Positions 20,066 to 29,478 of a DNA stretch of 64,000 nucleotides are shown one piece after another. Numbering within the stretch: position 1 is the first letter of the stretch; every line of letters begins with the position of its first letter. The notes under the pieces are model-generated. The model had not been told where the DNA came from and did not search any database. It saw only the letters and a list, made by a program, of their open reading frames with translations. Both the position numbers and the translations under genes were made by a program. The stretch comes from a virus, in IMG/VR virus record IMGVR_UViG_3300045970_000382, positions 64,001-128,000 of that record; one strand, written 5' to 3'.

Positions 20066-20744
20066 CTTTTATACTTTTATTGTATTATCCACTATCAATA
20101 CTGATACAGGTGTTCTTGACAGATTGGTTAGATTTGAGCAGACTATTAACACTTTAAATTCAATAAGGTTGAAAGTACCCAATGCAAAGATAATCTTTTT
20201 AGATAACTCTATAGAACCCTTGACACCTGAACAACTTAAACAGATATGGGCTAAAGTAGATATTTGTAAGTATGCTTTCCAAACTTTACCCAACCTTTAT
20301 TTTAATCAGAGAGGTCTGAAAGGTGATGGGGAAATTTGTATGATGTACGAAGCCATGCAAATACTTAAAATTTCTGAATTGCTTGGAAAACGTGTTTTTA
20401 AGTTATCTGGCAGATATTTTTTAAACGAGCATTTTAATATAGATGCTTATAATGATCTACAAGGTAAATATGTAGCCAAGATTAACGCTTGGGACATTAC
20501 TAAAGATAATTGGGTTACTAGAGAACAAGTTTATTATTTTGAAACAAGATTGTGGTCATTCTGTGGTACATTATTTGATGAATTTTATAATCAACTACCT
20601 GTCATTTTTAATTACATGATGAATGTGGATAATAATCTTGAGAAAGCTTATTTAAAATTATTAGATCCAGATAAGATAGTACCTATGGATGTTATCGGAG
20701 TTAGTGGTTATTCGGCTGATACTGGGGAGATAAAGATAGAATGA
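20058..20744 (+). CDS. Glycosyltransferase-like hypothetical protein
   Basis: RFEQTINTLNSIR...IIFLDNS...KGDGE...VFKLSGRY motif; sits among sugar-modifying genes. Confidence 0.45.
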   Translation: MDDFYTFIVLSTINTDTGVLDRLVRFEQTINTLNSIRLKVPNAKIIFLDNSIEPLTPEQLKQIWAKVDICKYAFQTLPNLYFNQRGLKGDGEICMMYEAMQILKISELLGKRVFKLSGRYFLNEHFNIDAYNDLQGKYVAKINAWDITKDNWVTREQVYYFETRLWSFCGTLFDEFYNQLPVIFNYMMNVDNNLEKAYLKLLDPDKIVPMDVIGVSGYSADTGEIKIE

Positions 20745-21133
20745 AGATATTGATTTATGGATTATCCGGTTCAGGAAAATCTACGTTAGCTAAGAAATTA
20801 GCTGATAGATTAAATATCCCAATTATTAATGGAGATGAAGTTAGGATGCAGTTTAATGACTGGGACTTTTCCATTGATGGAAGATTGAGACAAGCAATTC
20901 GTATAAAGGATATAAGTGAGAGTTATGATTTAGTTATTTTAGATTTTATTTGTCCGTTATCTGAATCTAGAGATACACTTAATCCTGATATAACTATTTT
21001 GATGGATACAATTGAAGAATGCCAATATGAAGATACTAATTCTATTTTTGAATTTGGTAATCCTGATATAATTATTTCAAAATTTGATTATGATGTAGAT
21101 AGAATTTTAGAAAGGTTATTAGAAAATTCATGA
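20741..21133 (+). CDS. Adenylyl-sulfate (APS) kinase-like P-loop kinase
   Basis: GLSGSGKST, NGDEVR, DFS.DGRLRQA.RI, DFICP..R parallel CysC motifs. Confidence 0.7.
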   Translation: MKILIYGLSGSGKSTLAKKLADRLNIPIINGDEVRMQFNDWDFSIDGRLRQAIRIKDISESYDLVILDFICPLSESRDTLNPDITILMDTIEECQYEDTNSIFEFGNPDIIISKFDYDVDRILERLLENS

Positions 21134-21432
21134 TTGAAAAAGATCCCTCCAGTTATTCCATGTTGACTTATACAGCTATCCTGCTGTTGTCAACATGGGG
21201 TTCTATTGTCAATATCATTAACAAAAAAGAATTCAAAATAATGGAAGCTTTGGGTGAGGTATTCACTTCGGCTTTTATAGGTTTGCTGGTATTCTGGTTA
21301 TGTGAAGGTGCAGATATAGTTCCATTATATACAGCCGCTTTAATAGGTATCAGTTCTCACATGGGGTCGAGGGGTTTATTTCAATTGGAACTTATATTAC
21401 AAAAAAAAATAAACAAGATAGGAGATTTATAA
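21130..21432 (+). CDS. Holin (LydA-like)
   Basis: EKDP.SYS.LTY...WG..V, GE.FTSAF.GLL.FWLCE, AALIGISSHMGSR; three hydrophobic segments. Confidence 0.8.
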   Translation: MIEKDPSSYSMLTYTAILLLSTWGSIVNIINKKEFKIMEALGEVFTSAFIGLLVFWLCEGADIVPLYTAALIGISSHMGSRGLFQLELILQKKINKIGDL

Positions 21433-21515
21433 TGAAAAATCCAAGTGACACTAAAAAAGGCCCAGGTCGTAGACCCGCCAACAAACAAGACCATAAAAAG
21501 AAGAAAAATAAATAA
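21432..21515 (+). CDS. 27-aa basic peptide
   Basis: TAATG coupling to holin stop, GGAG RBS; MKNPSDTKKGPGRRPANKQDHKKKKNK. Confidence 0.35.
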   Translation: MKNPSDTKKGPGRRPANKQDHKKKKNK

Positions 21516-21860
21516 GGGGGACAGACCATAAAAATATTACCCATAAAAATAGAATCAAATACTATTTACAACGTACTTATGAATGGCGAGTATAGATTGA
21601 GGGCAGGTGGTGATTTAATTACGGACGGCTTTAGTGTAATCGTCATTAAGATGTCGCAGCAAGATGTAAAGGACGCTTTAATGCCGTTGCGAAGGCATTA
21701 TATGGAGCGTATAGGGGATAATTTAGATGAGGGTTTATAATGCGTAATTTTTGGGCTATCTTAAAAGTGTGGTAGTCTGACCCTTTAATAGTAGGATTCA
21801 TCTGGGGAATACTACTGAGTGCAGTTATTATTTTGTTAATTAATTTACAGACCATTCATT

Positions 21861-23120
21861 GTGGATAATATGGCTGCAATATTTGATGCCCTTACTGATG
21901 AAGATAGACGAATGACTAATCATGTTAATAAAAACCTAAAAGAACAGTTAAGTGAACGAATTAAAGAACAACGTTGTTTTAACGATATTTTTTACAGTGT
22001 CAGTAATTTGGATACACCTATACCTGAATTGTTACAGACTATTGTAAATTTGTTACCCAAAGGTTGGATGTACCCGGAAGTAACCGCCGCCAGAATAGTT
22101 GTTGAAGACCGTTGTTATGACACCATCAACTTTCGTGAAGGTTTTGCCCAGTTGACGGCTCTGATAGAACTTGATGGTTATTGTTACGGAAGTGTTTGTA
22201 TTACTTACCTTGAAGCTAAACCAGAACAACAGGAAGGCCTTTTTCTTTATGAAGAAAGTGTATTGTTAGATGCGGTAGCTTTATTAATAGCTAGAATTCT
22301 TAAACGTATCAGTCTAAATAAAGAACTGGCTCTTGAATATGAAGAAAAAGCCATACGGGCTGAAGAATTAAAAATAGCTAACAAAAAACTGGCTTTTCAA
22401 CAGGAAGAAAAAGCTAAACGTGCAGCAGAACTGGTAATTCTTACTACTTTAAAACAGGAAAAAAATAATCAGACAGCGGAACTGTTAATAGTTAACCAAA
22501 AATTACGCTTGTCTATCTTTGAGACCATTACCTTAGCACGGCAACTCGGTGAGATGCGTGACCCTTATACTGCGGGGCATGAAGAGCATGTAGGGGATTT
22601 GGCAGCGGCAATAAGTGTCGAAATGGGTCTGACTAAAGAATTTCAGGAAGGTATTCGTGTTGCTGGGTATCTGCATGATGTTGGTAAGATAATTATTCCT
22701 GCGGAAATACTGTGCAAACCGACAAAATTAAGTTTTGAAGAATTTGCTCTAATTAAAACTCATGTCATGGCAGGCTATGAGGTCGTTAAAAATATCAGCT
22801 TCCCTTGGGAAGTGGCACGACCTATTTTAGAACACCATGAGAAACTGGACGGCAGTGGTTATCCAAACGGTCTTAAAGGTGATGAAATATCACTGAATGG
22901 GCGTATTTTGGCAGTGGCGGATGCCTTAGATGCCATGTCTACGCATCGGCCCTATCGCCCGGCATTGGGGCTGTTTTTTGCAGTCACTGAAATAGAACGT
23001 TGTGCGGGTACTTACTACGATCCGCAGGTTGTAGAAGTCTGTGCAAGGCTATTTAAGGAAAAAATGATAACCGTTTATCATGACTATGCTAAAGTAATAT
23101 ACCCACTTGGACATAAATAA
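21861..23120 (+). CDS. HD-GYP cyclic-dinucleotide phosphodiesterase
   Basis: RDPYTAGH, LHDVGK, HHEKLDGSGYPNGLKG, AVADALDAM..HRPYR all present; GAF-like and coiled-coil N-terminus. Confidence 0.9.
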   Translation: MDNMAAIFDALTDEDRRMTNHVNKNLKEQLSERIKEQRCFNDIFYSVSNLDTPIPELLQTIVNLLPKGWMYPEVTAARIVVEDRCYDTINFREGFAQLTALIELDGYCYGSVCITYLEAKPEQQEGLFLYEESVLLDAVALLIARILKRISLNKELALEYEEKAIRAEELKIANKKLAFQQEEKAKRAAELVILTTLKQEKNNQTAELLIVNQKLRLSIFETITLARQLGEMRDPYTAGHEEHVGDLAAAISVEMGLTKEFQEGIRVAGYLHDVGKIIIPAEILCKPTKLSFEEFALIKTHVMAGYEVVKNISFPWEVARPILEHHEKLDGSGYPNGLKGDEISLNGRILAVADALDAMSTHRPYRPALGLFFAVTEIERCAGTYYDPQVVEVCARLFKEKMITVYHDYAKVIYPLGHK

Positions 23121-23390
23121 ATGAAATCCTTATATTATTTAACCCCAGTAGTGTTATTAATGGGGTGTACCATCGTCCATTATGACGCCTTACCTGGGCA
23201 AGGCACTAGCGTTTCCATTTATTCATTAGGGTCTGATAAAGCCTTTACAGACTTTAAAGCCAGCATAGATCAAAAAGGCAGCAGAAAACTATCTATTGGA
23301 GCTTTTGATGAAATACAAACTAAGGGCATGGAACAGGTTAATCAAGGATTAAAAATGATGGTGGAAGGGGCTGTTGCGGGGGCTAAATGA
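23121..23390 (+). CDS. Lipoprotein (possible spanin component)
   Basis: Signal peptide with lipobox LLMG-C inside the lysis cassette. Confidence 0.55.
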   Translation: MKSLYYLTPVVLLMGCTIVHYDALPGQGTSVSIYSLGSDKAFTDFKASIDQKGSRKLSIGAFDEIQTKGMEQVNQGLKMMVEGAVAGAK

Positions 23391-23480
23391 TTATGAAAAT
23401 TATTGAAATTACTATTCTTACTCTAGTAGCAATGGGTATTTTATCTTTATTTGGCATGTGGATGTGTGCTTTGTTGAAAG

Positions 23481-23663
23481 ATGATGATGAATGAACTGGA
23501 AAAAATAACTGCCGAATTAAGAATGGAACAGGCTAGTATAATCCTGAAAATTCTAGTATATAGCTTTGGAAAATCTTTCTTTTGTGACAATTTAAGATAT
23601 TCCAGATTTTTTGGTAACGATTATCTAATTACGTTTAATTGCAAGAGAAATTCACATGATTAA
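23481..23663 (+). CDS. Hypothetical protein
   Basis: 60-aa ORF overlapping the endolysin start. Confidence 0.35.
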   Translation: MMMNELEKITAELRMEQASIILKILVYSFGKSFFCDNLRYSRFFGNDYLITFNCKRNSHD

Positions 23664-24081
23664 CAGTAGAGATTTTAAAGACTTATTACCCCAAGTAGCA
23701 GACTTGGCTAAACAGTTTGTAGCTGTTTGTGAATCTAGAGGTCTGCATGTATTGATAACATCCACTTATCGTGATAAAGAAAGTCAAAATGCTTTATATG
23801 CAATAGGTAGAACTACTCCAGGTAAGCGTGTCACTAATGCTAAAGGAGGTGATTCTATGCATAATTACAAAATCGCTTTCGATTTCGTACCCATGTTATA
23901 TGGCAAACCTGCCTGGAACGAACTTGGATTATTTACCAAGTGTGGAGCTGTTGCTAAGAGTGTTGGTCTTGAATGGGGTGGTGATTGGAAAACTTTTAAA
24001 GATTTACCACATTGCCAGTTTACAGGTGGATTAACTTTAAGCGATTTTAGAGCTGGAAAAACTTTAACTAAAACGTCTTAA
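23656..24081 (+). CDS. Endolysin, M15 family L-Ala-D-Glu peptidase
   Basis: TYR..ESQNALYA.GRT..G..VTNAKGG.SMHNY..AFD...LEWGGDW..FKDLPHCQ. Confidence 0.9.
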   Translation: MINSRDFKDLLPQVADLAKQFVAVCESRGLHVLITSTYRDKESQNALYAIGRTTPGKRVTNAKGGDSMHNYKIAFDFVPMLYGKPAWNELGLFTKCGAVAKSVGLEWGGDWKTFKDLPHCQFTGGLTLSDFRAGKTLTKTS

Positions 24082-24564
24082 TTGAATAAATTTGTAATAA
24101 AGATCTCCATCTTTAATTAATTCTGTATTAACTATTTTCCATTTAAGAGGATCTATATCTGGAAAATAAGTGTCACCTTCAACATCTATAGGTAGTATTG
24201 ATAGATACAGACTATCAACATCTTCAATAAACAATTGATAAATCTCACCTCCTCCAATAATAAAAGTCTTAGTACAAGACCGACCTAAAACCAGAGCTTG
24301 TTCTTTGTTGTTGACTACGACCACATCACCCGCACCTGGTTCAGTTTCATAATGAAGTAAATCTTTTGTTCTTGATAAAACTATGTTAGTTCTATTTAAT
24401 AAAGGCTTACCTAATATCTCATAAGTTTTACTACCCATTATAATGGAAGAATATAAAGTTAGTTCTTGAAACCGTTTTAAATCTGTAGGTAATTTCCAAG
24501 GAATAGATCCATCTTTACCTATCACTCTGTTATTACTCATACAAGCTATTATTATTAAAGACAT
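24064..24564 (-). CDS. folA: Dihydrofolate reductase
   Basis: NRVIGKDGSIPWKLPTDLKRF, IMGSKTYE, KPL.NRTNIVLSR, IIGGGEIY, EGDTYFP. Confidence 0.92.
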   Translation of the reverse strand: MSLIIIACMSNNRVIGKDGSIPWKLPTDLKRFQELTLYSSIIMGSKTYEILGKPLLNRTNIVLSRTKDLLHYETEPGAGDVVVVNNKEQALVLGRSCTKTFIIGGGEIYQLFIEDVDSLYLSILPIDVEGDTYFPDIDPLKWKIVNTELIKDGDLYYKFIQLRRFS

Positions 24565-24620
24565 TCGGTTATTCCTTTAGTTATAAAATTTGTTTTGAAA
24601 ACAGCATTAACAGTGATAGT

Positions 24621-24722
24621 TAAAACCTGTAAAATAAGCCACTAAAAACGTTGCTGGTGGCACGAAAGCAAATAAACCAGCATCAGTGTATTACTTATAA
24701 AATTATCTCAGCTTAAACGTTA
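24621..24722 (+). repeat. Dispersed ~97-bp repeat, copy D (inverted relative to the others)
   Basis: TAAAACCTGTAAAATAAGCCACTAAAAACG...GCTTAAAC matches the - strand of copies A-C. Confidence 0.55.
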
Positions 24723-24898
24723 ATTTTTTCAATTAGTGTCATTTCAAGATCATCAAAATAAATCTTTAGATTACTTTCATTAATAACTATTTTTAAATTG
24801 TGATACTTCCCATCATTAAAAATCCAACGTTCTATAGTTTCTGAAACTGTATAAGAATAGGGTTCCAAATCTTCGTTAGTATCTTTAATCATTTTCAT
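24713..24898 (-). CDS. Hypothetical protein
   Basis: 61-aa ORF coupled to the HNH gene stop. Confidence 0.4.
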   Translation of the reverse strand: MKMIKDTNEDLEPYSYTVSETIERWIFNDGKYHNLKIVINESNLKIYFDDLEMTLIEKINV

Positions 24899-25622
24899 CT
24901 ACCACATAATTCATCATAGCTTCATAAATATCTGGATCTATGACATCTTTATAGAAATTAGCCAGTCTTTTAGCTTCAGCTTCTTTAGCAGGTTTATAAA
25001 CTAGATATGCTTCTTGTTCTGTTTTGTAACAACCAAGATATTTTTGTCTTCCTTCAATATTACATACAGCCATATATGGATTTATTTTACAATCTGGATA
25101 ATAAGTAACTCCAATACAACATTCACCTCTACCAGCATCACATTTTACTAAAAAGGAATTTACTTCTCGTGGTACTAGTCGGCATGTTTCTGGTGAATAA
25201 ATTTTATTGCCTTTAATAAGGCAATCTTTATCTATAAACCAATTTAAATCTGAGCCTACCATTAATAAATAATCATGAGCAAAGTTTTGAAAATTCTTCC
25301 ATCTTTCACAAACAGTGCAGTTTCTGTAAGTAGGATGTAAATTTTTATAATCTTCGTTATAACATCTTCTCAACATGTCACTCCAAACCATATAAATTCT
25401 TCTATGCGTTTTTTGGGAATAAATTCCAATTCCAATAAAACCAATCCCACAAACATTAGGATGGTTTGGATTCTTAACATTACCATTTCTTAAATTACCC
25501 GCGGTGCAATACGTTTCAGATCCATTTTCAAATATAACTCTTACGTTGCGAGCAGAATTATATTCTAAAACAGTGCAAAACCCAGATCTAGTTGTTTCAA
25601 AAACATCGCCTACTTTTATCAT
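24885..25622 (-). CDS. HNH-type homing endonuclease with AP2-like C-terminus (copy 1)
   Basis: W..MLRRCY...CTVCERW.NFQNF..D...DKD.LIKGNKIYSPETC.LVP.EVN; C-terminal YLG.YKTEQEAY. Confidence 0.8.
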   Translation of the reverse strand: MIKVGDVFETTRSGFCTVLEYNSARNVRVIFENGSETYCTAGNLRNGNVKNPNHPNVCGIGFIGIGIYSQKTHRRIYMVWSDMLRRCYNEDYKNLHPTYRNCTVCERWKNFQNFAHDYLLMVGSDLNWFIDKDCLIKGNKIYSPETCRLVPREVNSFLVKCDAGRGECCIGVTYYPDCKINPYMAVCNIEGRQKYLGCYKTEQEAYLVYKPAKEAEAKRLANFYKDVIDPDIYEAMMNYVVDEND

Positions 25623-27163
25623 AATAAATCCTTAATAGATATCTTACCTTCAATTAATCTAGATGATAGATCTATTCCTTCTTCTAAGGAAGATAATATC
25701 TTTTCTTCTATACTGTTCTTTGTTAATAAGAAGTAGTAGAACACTCGGTCACTTAACTGACCTTCACGGTGAATTCTCTTTAACGATTGACGGTACGTAA
25801 TTACATTATCTGTAATTTCATAGTAGATACAATATGCTGCGTTCTGAAGGTTGAGACCAGTGCTACCACTTGATATATTAATTAAAAATATCTTAGATGT
25901 CTTATCTTTCCTGAAATTTTCATACTCCTTTGCTAGATCTTTTTCACCACCATTAAATTTGAGATTCATTTTAACAAGACGTTCTTTTATCATGATGCCG
26001 CTTTCTTGAAAGTGAAAAAAGATGATGGCTTTTTGATCTTCTGGTAACTCCTCTATTATCTCAGAAAGTTCATCAAGTTTTGGATTGTCTTTAAAACGTA
26101 TTGCTATTCTAGATCCATCTTCAAAAACTTCGTATACGAAACCAGAACTTATCTGTCTACCTTTATTATAAAAATTAACAGTGGTTTTTTTATCCTCAAT
26201 TGTTTCTCTCGCTAATGTCCGTAATGTTTGCATTTCAGAATGACTCTGATCTGAAAAAGGAACAAATCTTTTTATAAAAACTTGCTTCGGTAAATCCCCG
26301 CATTCTTTATCAGAATAGTAAATTGATTTGTTCTTGATAAAAGAATGTAATAATTGTTCTTTCCTTTTATCAAGAACAAAGTCTACACCACCAAAATATC
26401 CAGGTTTAGCATTGTAAAATGCTTGACGAAACATGGATATACTTGTCCCTAATGTTTCTCCTCTATCAATTAAGTACATTTGACTCCAAAGATCCTGACT
26501 ATCTTTACCAAGAGGAGTACCTGTAAGTGAATATCTATAAGGTGTTCGTTCACAGATATAATTACAGATTTCAAATGTCAGAGACCGATGATTTTTTGCA
26601 CGATGCGTTTCATCTAGAACAACCATATCGAAAGAATTAATAAAATCTTTTGCCTTTATTGGATCAAATACTTTAGATCTTTTCTTTTTATTCCTTGTTT
26701 TTTGTAAATTGGTCGTCATCACGGACAACCCCTCATAATTTATGACATATACACCTGCTTCTTCATTAAGCAACTCTTGTCTTTCTTTTAAAGAACCATA
26801 GAGTTTAACTATCTTATAGTCAGAAAATTGTTCTATCTGTTCTTTCCAATTTTGGATATTGATGACTCCAGGTACTACGACCAAGAGTTTATCTATTTTC
26901 TTTTGTTGTTTAAGATAATCAAAGATCATTAATGCTATAACAGTTTTACCCAAACCCATATCAAGATGAAGAAGAAAATTATCAGTAGTAGCACAGAGAT
27001 AAAAGACTGCTAACTGGTGGGTGTGCGGAACTAATTTTAAATTAGATTTATAACCTAGCTCTTTAACAGCTTCTTCTAATTCCTCTCTTCCAACAGACTT
27101 AATCCAATCGTAGTTTTCAAGCTTTCGGTTTAAAAACACATCAACAACACTTTTACGAATCAT
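25619..27163 (-). CDS. SNF2-family helicase
   Basis: DMGLGKT, INYE, LDETH, LTGTP, GLNLQ, QSLKRIHREGQ. Confidence 0.9.
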   Translation of the reverse strand: MIRKSVVDVFLNRKLENYDWIKSVGREELEEAVKELGYKSNLKLVPHTHQLAVFYLCATTDNFLLHLDMGLGKTVIALMIFDYLKQQKKIDKLLVVVPGVINIQNWKEQIEQFSDYKIVKLYGSLKERQELLNEEAGVYVINYEGLSVMTTNLQKTRNKKKRSKVFDPIKAKDFINSFDMVVLDETHRAKNHRSLTFEICNYICERTPYRYSLTGTPLGKDSQDLWSQMYLIDRGETLGTSISMFRQAFYNAKPGYFGGVDFVLDKRKEQLLHSFIKNKSIYYSDKECGDLPKQVFIKRFVPFSDQSHSEMQTLRTLARETIEDKKTTVNFYNKGRQISSGFVYEVFEDGSRIAIRFKDNPKLDELSEIIEELPEDQKAIIFFHFQESGIMIKERLVKMNLKFNGGEKDLAKEYENFRKDKTSKIFLINISSGSTGLNLQNAAYCIYYEITDNVITYRQSLKRIHREGQLSDRVFYYFLLTKNSIEEKILSSLEEGIDLSSRLIEGKISIKDLL

Positions 27164-28620
27164 TTTCTGGATGACTCCCGTTTTCTATACTTTATTTTTT
27201 CATTTTCTTTTCCATTAGTATCTCCAGTACTAGGAAAATGAACATTCAGCTCGTCCCAGTAACGATTCTCGTTCATCATAATTGCATCAAGACAGAATTG
27301 ACCTATTCTGTAGCATTGGCTAATTAGTACACACTGCTCTCGTTCCTCGTCACGAGCTTTAGCAATAAACAACCGTGCTAATCCAATTTTGGACTCAGCC
27401 TGAGTTTGGCAATATGCCACAATATTATCTGCTGTTGCAGCTTTACTATAATCTTCAGCCAGATGTTTTAGAGTAATTATTTTAGCATCTTCAGCCAATC
27501 TATTAGACTGAGATGCTGTAGCTATTGCTAAATTTCGTTCCACAGCAACACGCCTTAGTTCTTTATAAATTATACCCGTATCTATACGAACATTAGAACT
27601 GCCAATTTGCATTAGGTCTGCATAGTCAAGTATTAATAAATCTGGAATGTAGTTTAAGAATCGCTCCATACTATCTAAATATGCTTCAAGCCCTTGTATA
27701 GTTAAACCATTGGTGGGGAATCTTTTGATGTATAGTCGCCATCTGTTTTTAAATTTGCTTAATTTATTGGCTATTATTTTCCTACTATCTGATTTATGGT
27801 CGATAACAGCTATGGTTATTGTTTTAAAATTGATACTTGAAAACCGATTCATTTCATCCATTTCAAATTTTGCTATTCGTGCTTCATCTTTTGAAGTACT
27901 TAGAGCAAACATTCCTTGAATATATTTTCTACTCATTTTCTCTTCTGACATTTCTAAAGATATATGCAATACTTTTAATCCAGATCTTACACATGTTTTA
28001 CCTACATGGACTAAAAAACTTGTCTTTCCTTTGTTAGCTGGAGCCAGTATCACGAACAATTCTCCAGGTGCTGGACCAAATTTCATATCATCTAAAGGTT
28101 GGATGCCTGTTGGAAATGGATCCAATTCTTCACTTAAAAATTTAAGTGATTGGTTTGGATCAGCAAAAAAGATACCTGGATTGAAAGTGAGGACTTCTTG
28201 TTTAGATGATGTATTAAGTATAGCTCTAGCATTTTCTAAGTTACCAGATTTTAATGCGCCAGCCGCTTCTATTATGGCTGTTTTCAATAACTGGGAGTTG
28301 ATAAATTCTGTAATTTGAGATAAGACATAAGTCTCGTTAACCGAATCTTGATTCTCAAATAAGGAATTTAAAGTAGAACTATAAACTCGTTCTGTTTTTG
28401 GATCATCAAGATGAGATTGTAACAGATCAGCAATATGATCCTTAGCTGGTTCTTTAAATTTTATATAGAATTCAATAGCCTGAATAGCAATAGTTTTATA
28501 AATTGTGTTATCCAAAAGTCCCGGATCTAAAACATTGACTAAATATGGGGCAGCTGTATCTGAGAAGCAAAGTAAAACAAGTAGATTTTCTTGCAGCGAA
28601 CCTGTTAAATTTTCATTCAT
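27160..28620 (-). CDS. DnaB-like replicative helicase
   Basis: APANKGKT, HISLEMSE, ILDYADLM, TASQSNR, AKARD. Confidence 0.85.
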   Translation of the reverse strand: MNENLTGSLQENLLVLLCFSDTAAPYLVNVLDPGLLDNTIYKTIAIQAIEFYIKFKEPAKDHIADLLQSHLDDPKTERVYSSTLNSLFENQDSVNETYVLSQITEFINSQLLKTAIIEAAGALKSGNLENARAILNTSSKQEVLTFNPGIFFADPNQSLKFLSEELDPFPTGIQPLDDMKFGPAPGELFVILAPANKGKTSFLVHVGKTCVRSGLKVLHISLEMSEEKMSRKYIQGMFALSTSKDEARIAKFEMDEMNRFSSINFKTITIAVIDHKSDSRKIIANKLSKFKNRWRLYIKRFPTNGLTIQGLEAYLDSMERFLNYIPDLLILDYADLMQIGSSNVRIDTGIIYKELRRVAVERNLAIATASQSNRLAEDAKIITLKHLAEDYSKAATADNIVAYCQTQAESKIGLARLFIAKARDEEREQCVLISQCYRIGQFCLDAIMMNENRYWDELNVHFPSTGDTNGKENEKIKYRKRESSRK

Positions 28621-28623
28621 AAT

Positions 28624-29478
28624 CTATCTAAACCACGAAAATGCTTCAGACATCTTATCTGTTACATGTATCCCTTGTGAGATAAGTAAACGATCTATTT
28701 TTGATTGAGAAGATTTGTGTTTTAATAAAATATCTGAATCTAATTTATTAAATTCCATATTTGGATATGGTAGGGTTATTACTTTGTAAGCTAAATCAAA
28801 ATGATCTTTGTAATCTCTTTTTGTTTTAAAACTTAAATCAATATTAGATAATATTTTCCTAGCCCCTACATCACCAATTCCTTTTATACCTGGGAAACCA
28901 TTATGCGTACCTACTAGTGAAGTATAATCAATCCAGTCTTTGGGTGACAGTGGATGATAATCTTTTTTGAACTCTTGTTGCCCATAAAGATAAGTTTTTG
29001 CACCCTTTCTTTTATAAATGTAAAAATTGTTTTGATCTAAAATCTGGTATAGATCTGAATCATTAGATATGCAAATGATCTTATCAAAAACTTTTTCATA
29101 TTTCTTTGTTAGTAGAGAGATCCAGTCATCAGCTTCATATCCACGTTCTTTAATAATGGGAATATTCATTAATTCTAAAAGTTGAATACACAAGTCTTTG
29201 TTATAAGTTAGAGCTTCAAAGAAGGAGTTGCCATCTTCGTTTTTTCTACGATCTTTTTTATACTTTGCGTAAAAAGATTCCCTTAAATATGGTTTTCTAT
29301 CATCTGTTACTATGATGTTGGTAGGTAGGGTAAAATTAATAACTGATGTAAGCATACCAATAAATCCGTATATGCCACCTGTGAGCTGTCCGTTGTAGGA
29401 CAAATTCTTGTTAGCAGCAAGTCCTCTTATTAAAACATTATTAAAATCAATAAGTACAAGCGTTTTTTCATCTGTCAT
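28624..29478 (-). CDS. 5'-3' exonuclease / flap endonuclease
   Basis: LIDFNN, YKKDR, GYEADDWI, SNDSDLYQ, PGIKGIGD. Confidence 0.9.
   Translation of the reverse strand: MTDEKTLVLIDFNNVLIRGLAANKNLSYNGQLTGGIYGFIGMLTSVINFTLPTNIIVTDDRKPYLRESFYAKYKKDRRKNEDGNSFFEALTYNKDLCIQLLELMNIPIIKERGYEADDWISLLTKKYEKVFDKIICISNDSDLYQILDQNNFYIYKRKGAKTYLYGQQEFKKDYHPLSPKDWIDYTSLVGTHNGFPGIKGIGDVGARKILSNIDLSFKTKRDYKDHFDLAYKVITLPYPNMEFNKLDSDILLKHKSSQSKIDRLLISQGIHVTDKMSEAFSWFR

Noticed and set aside
21646-21736. Fifth copy of the ~97-bp repeat
   Set aside because: Only the ends resemble it (ttaag...gggttt), and it lies inside a plausible + strand ORF ending at 21740.
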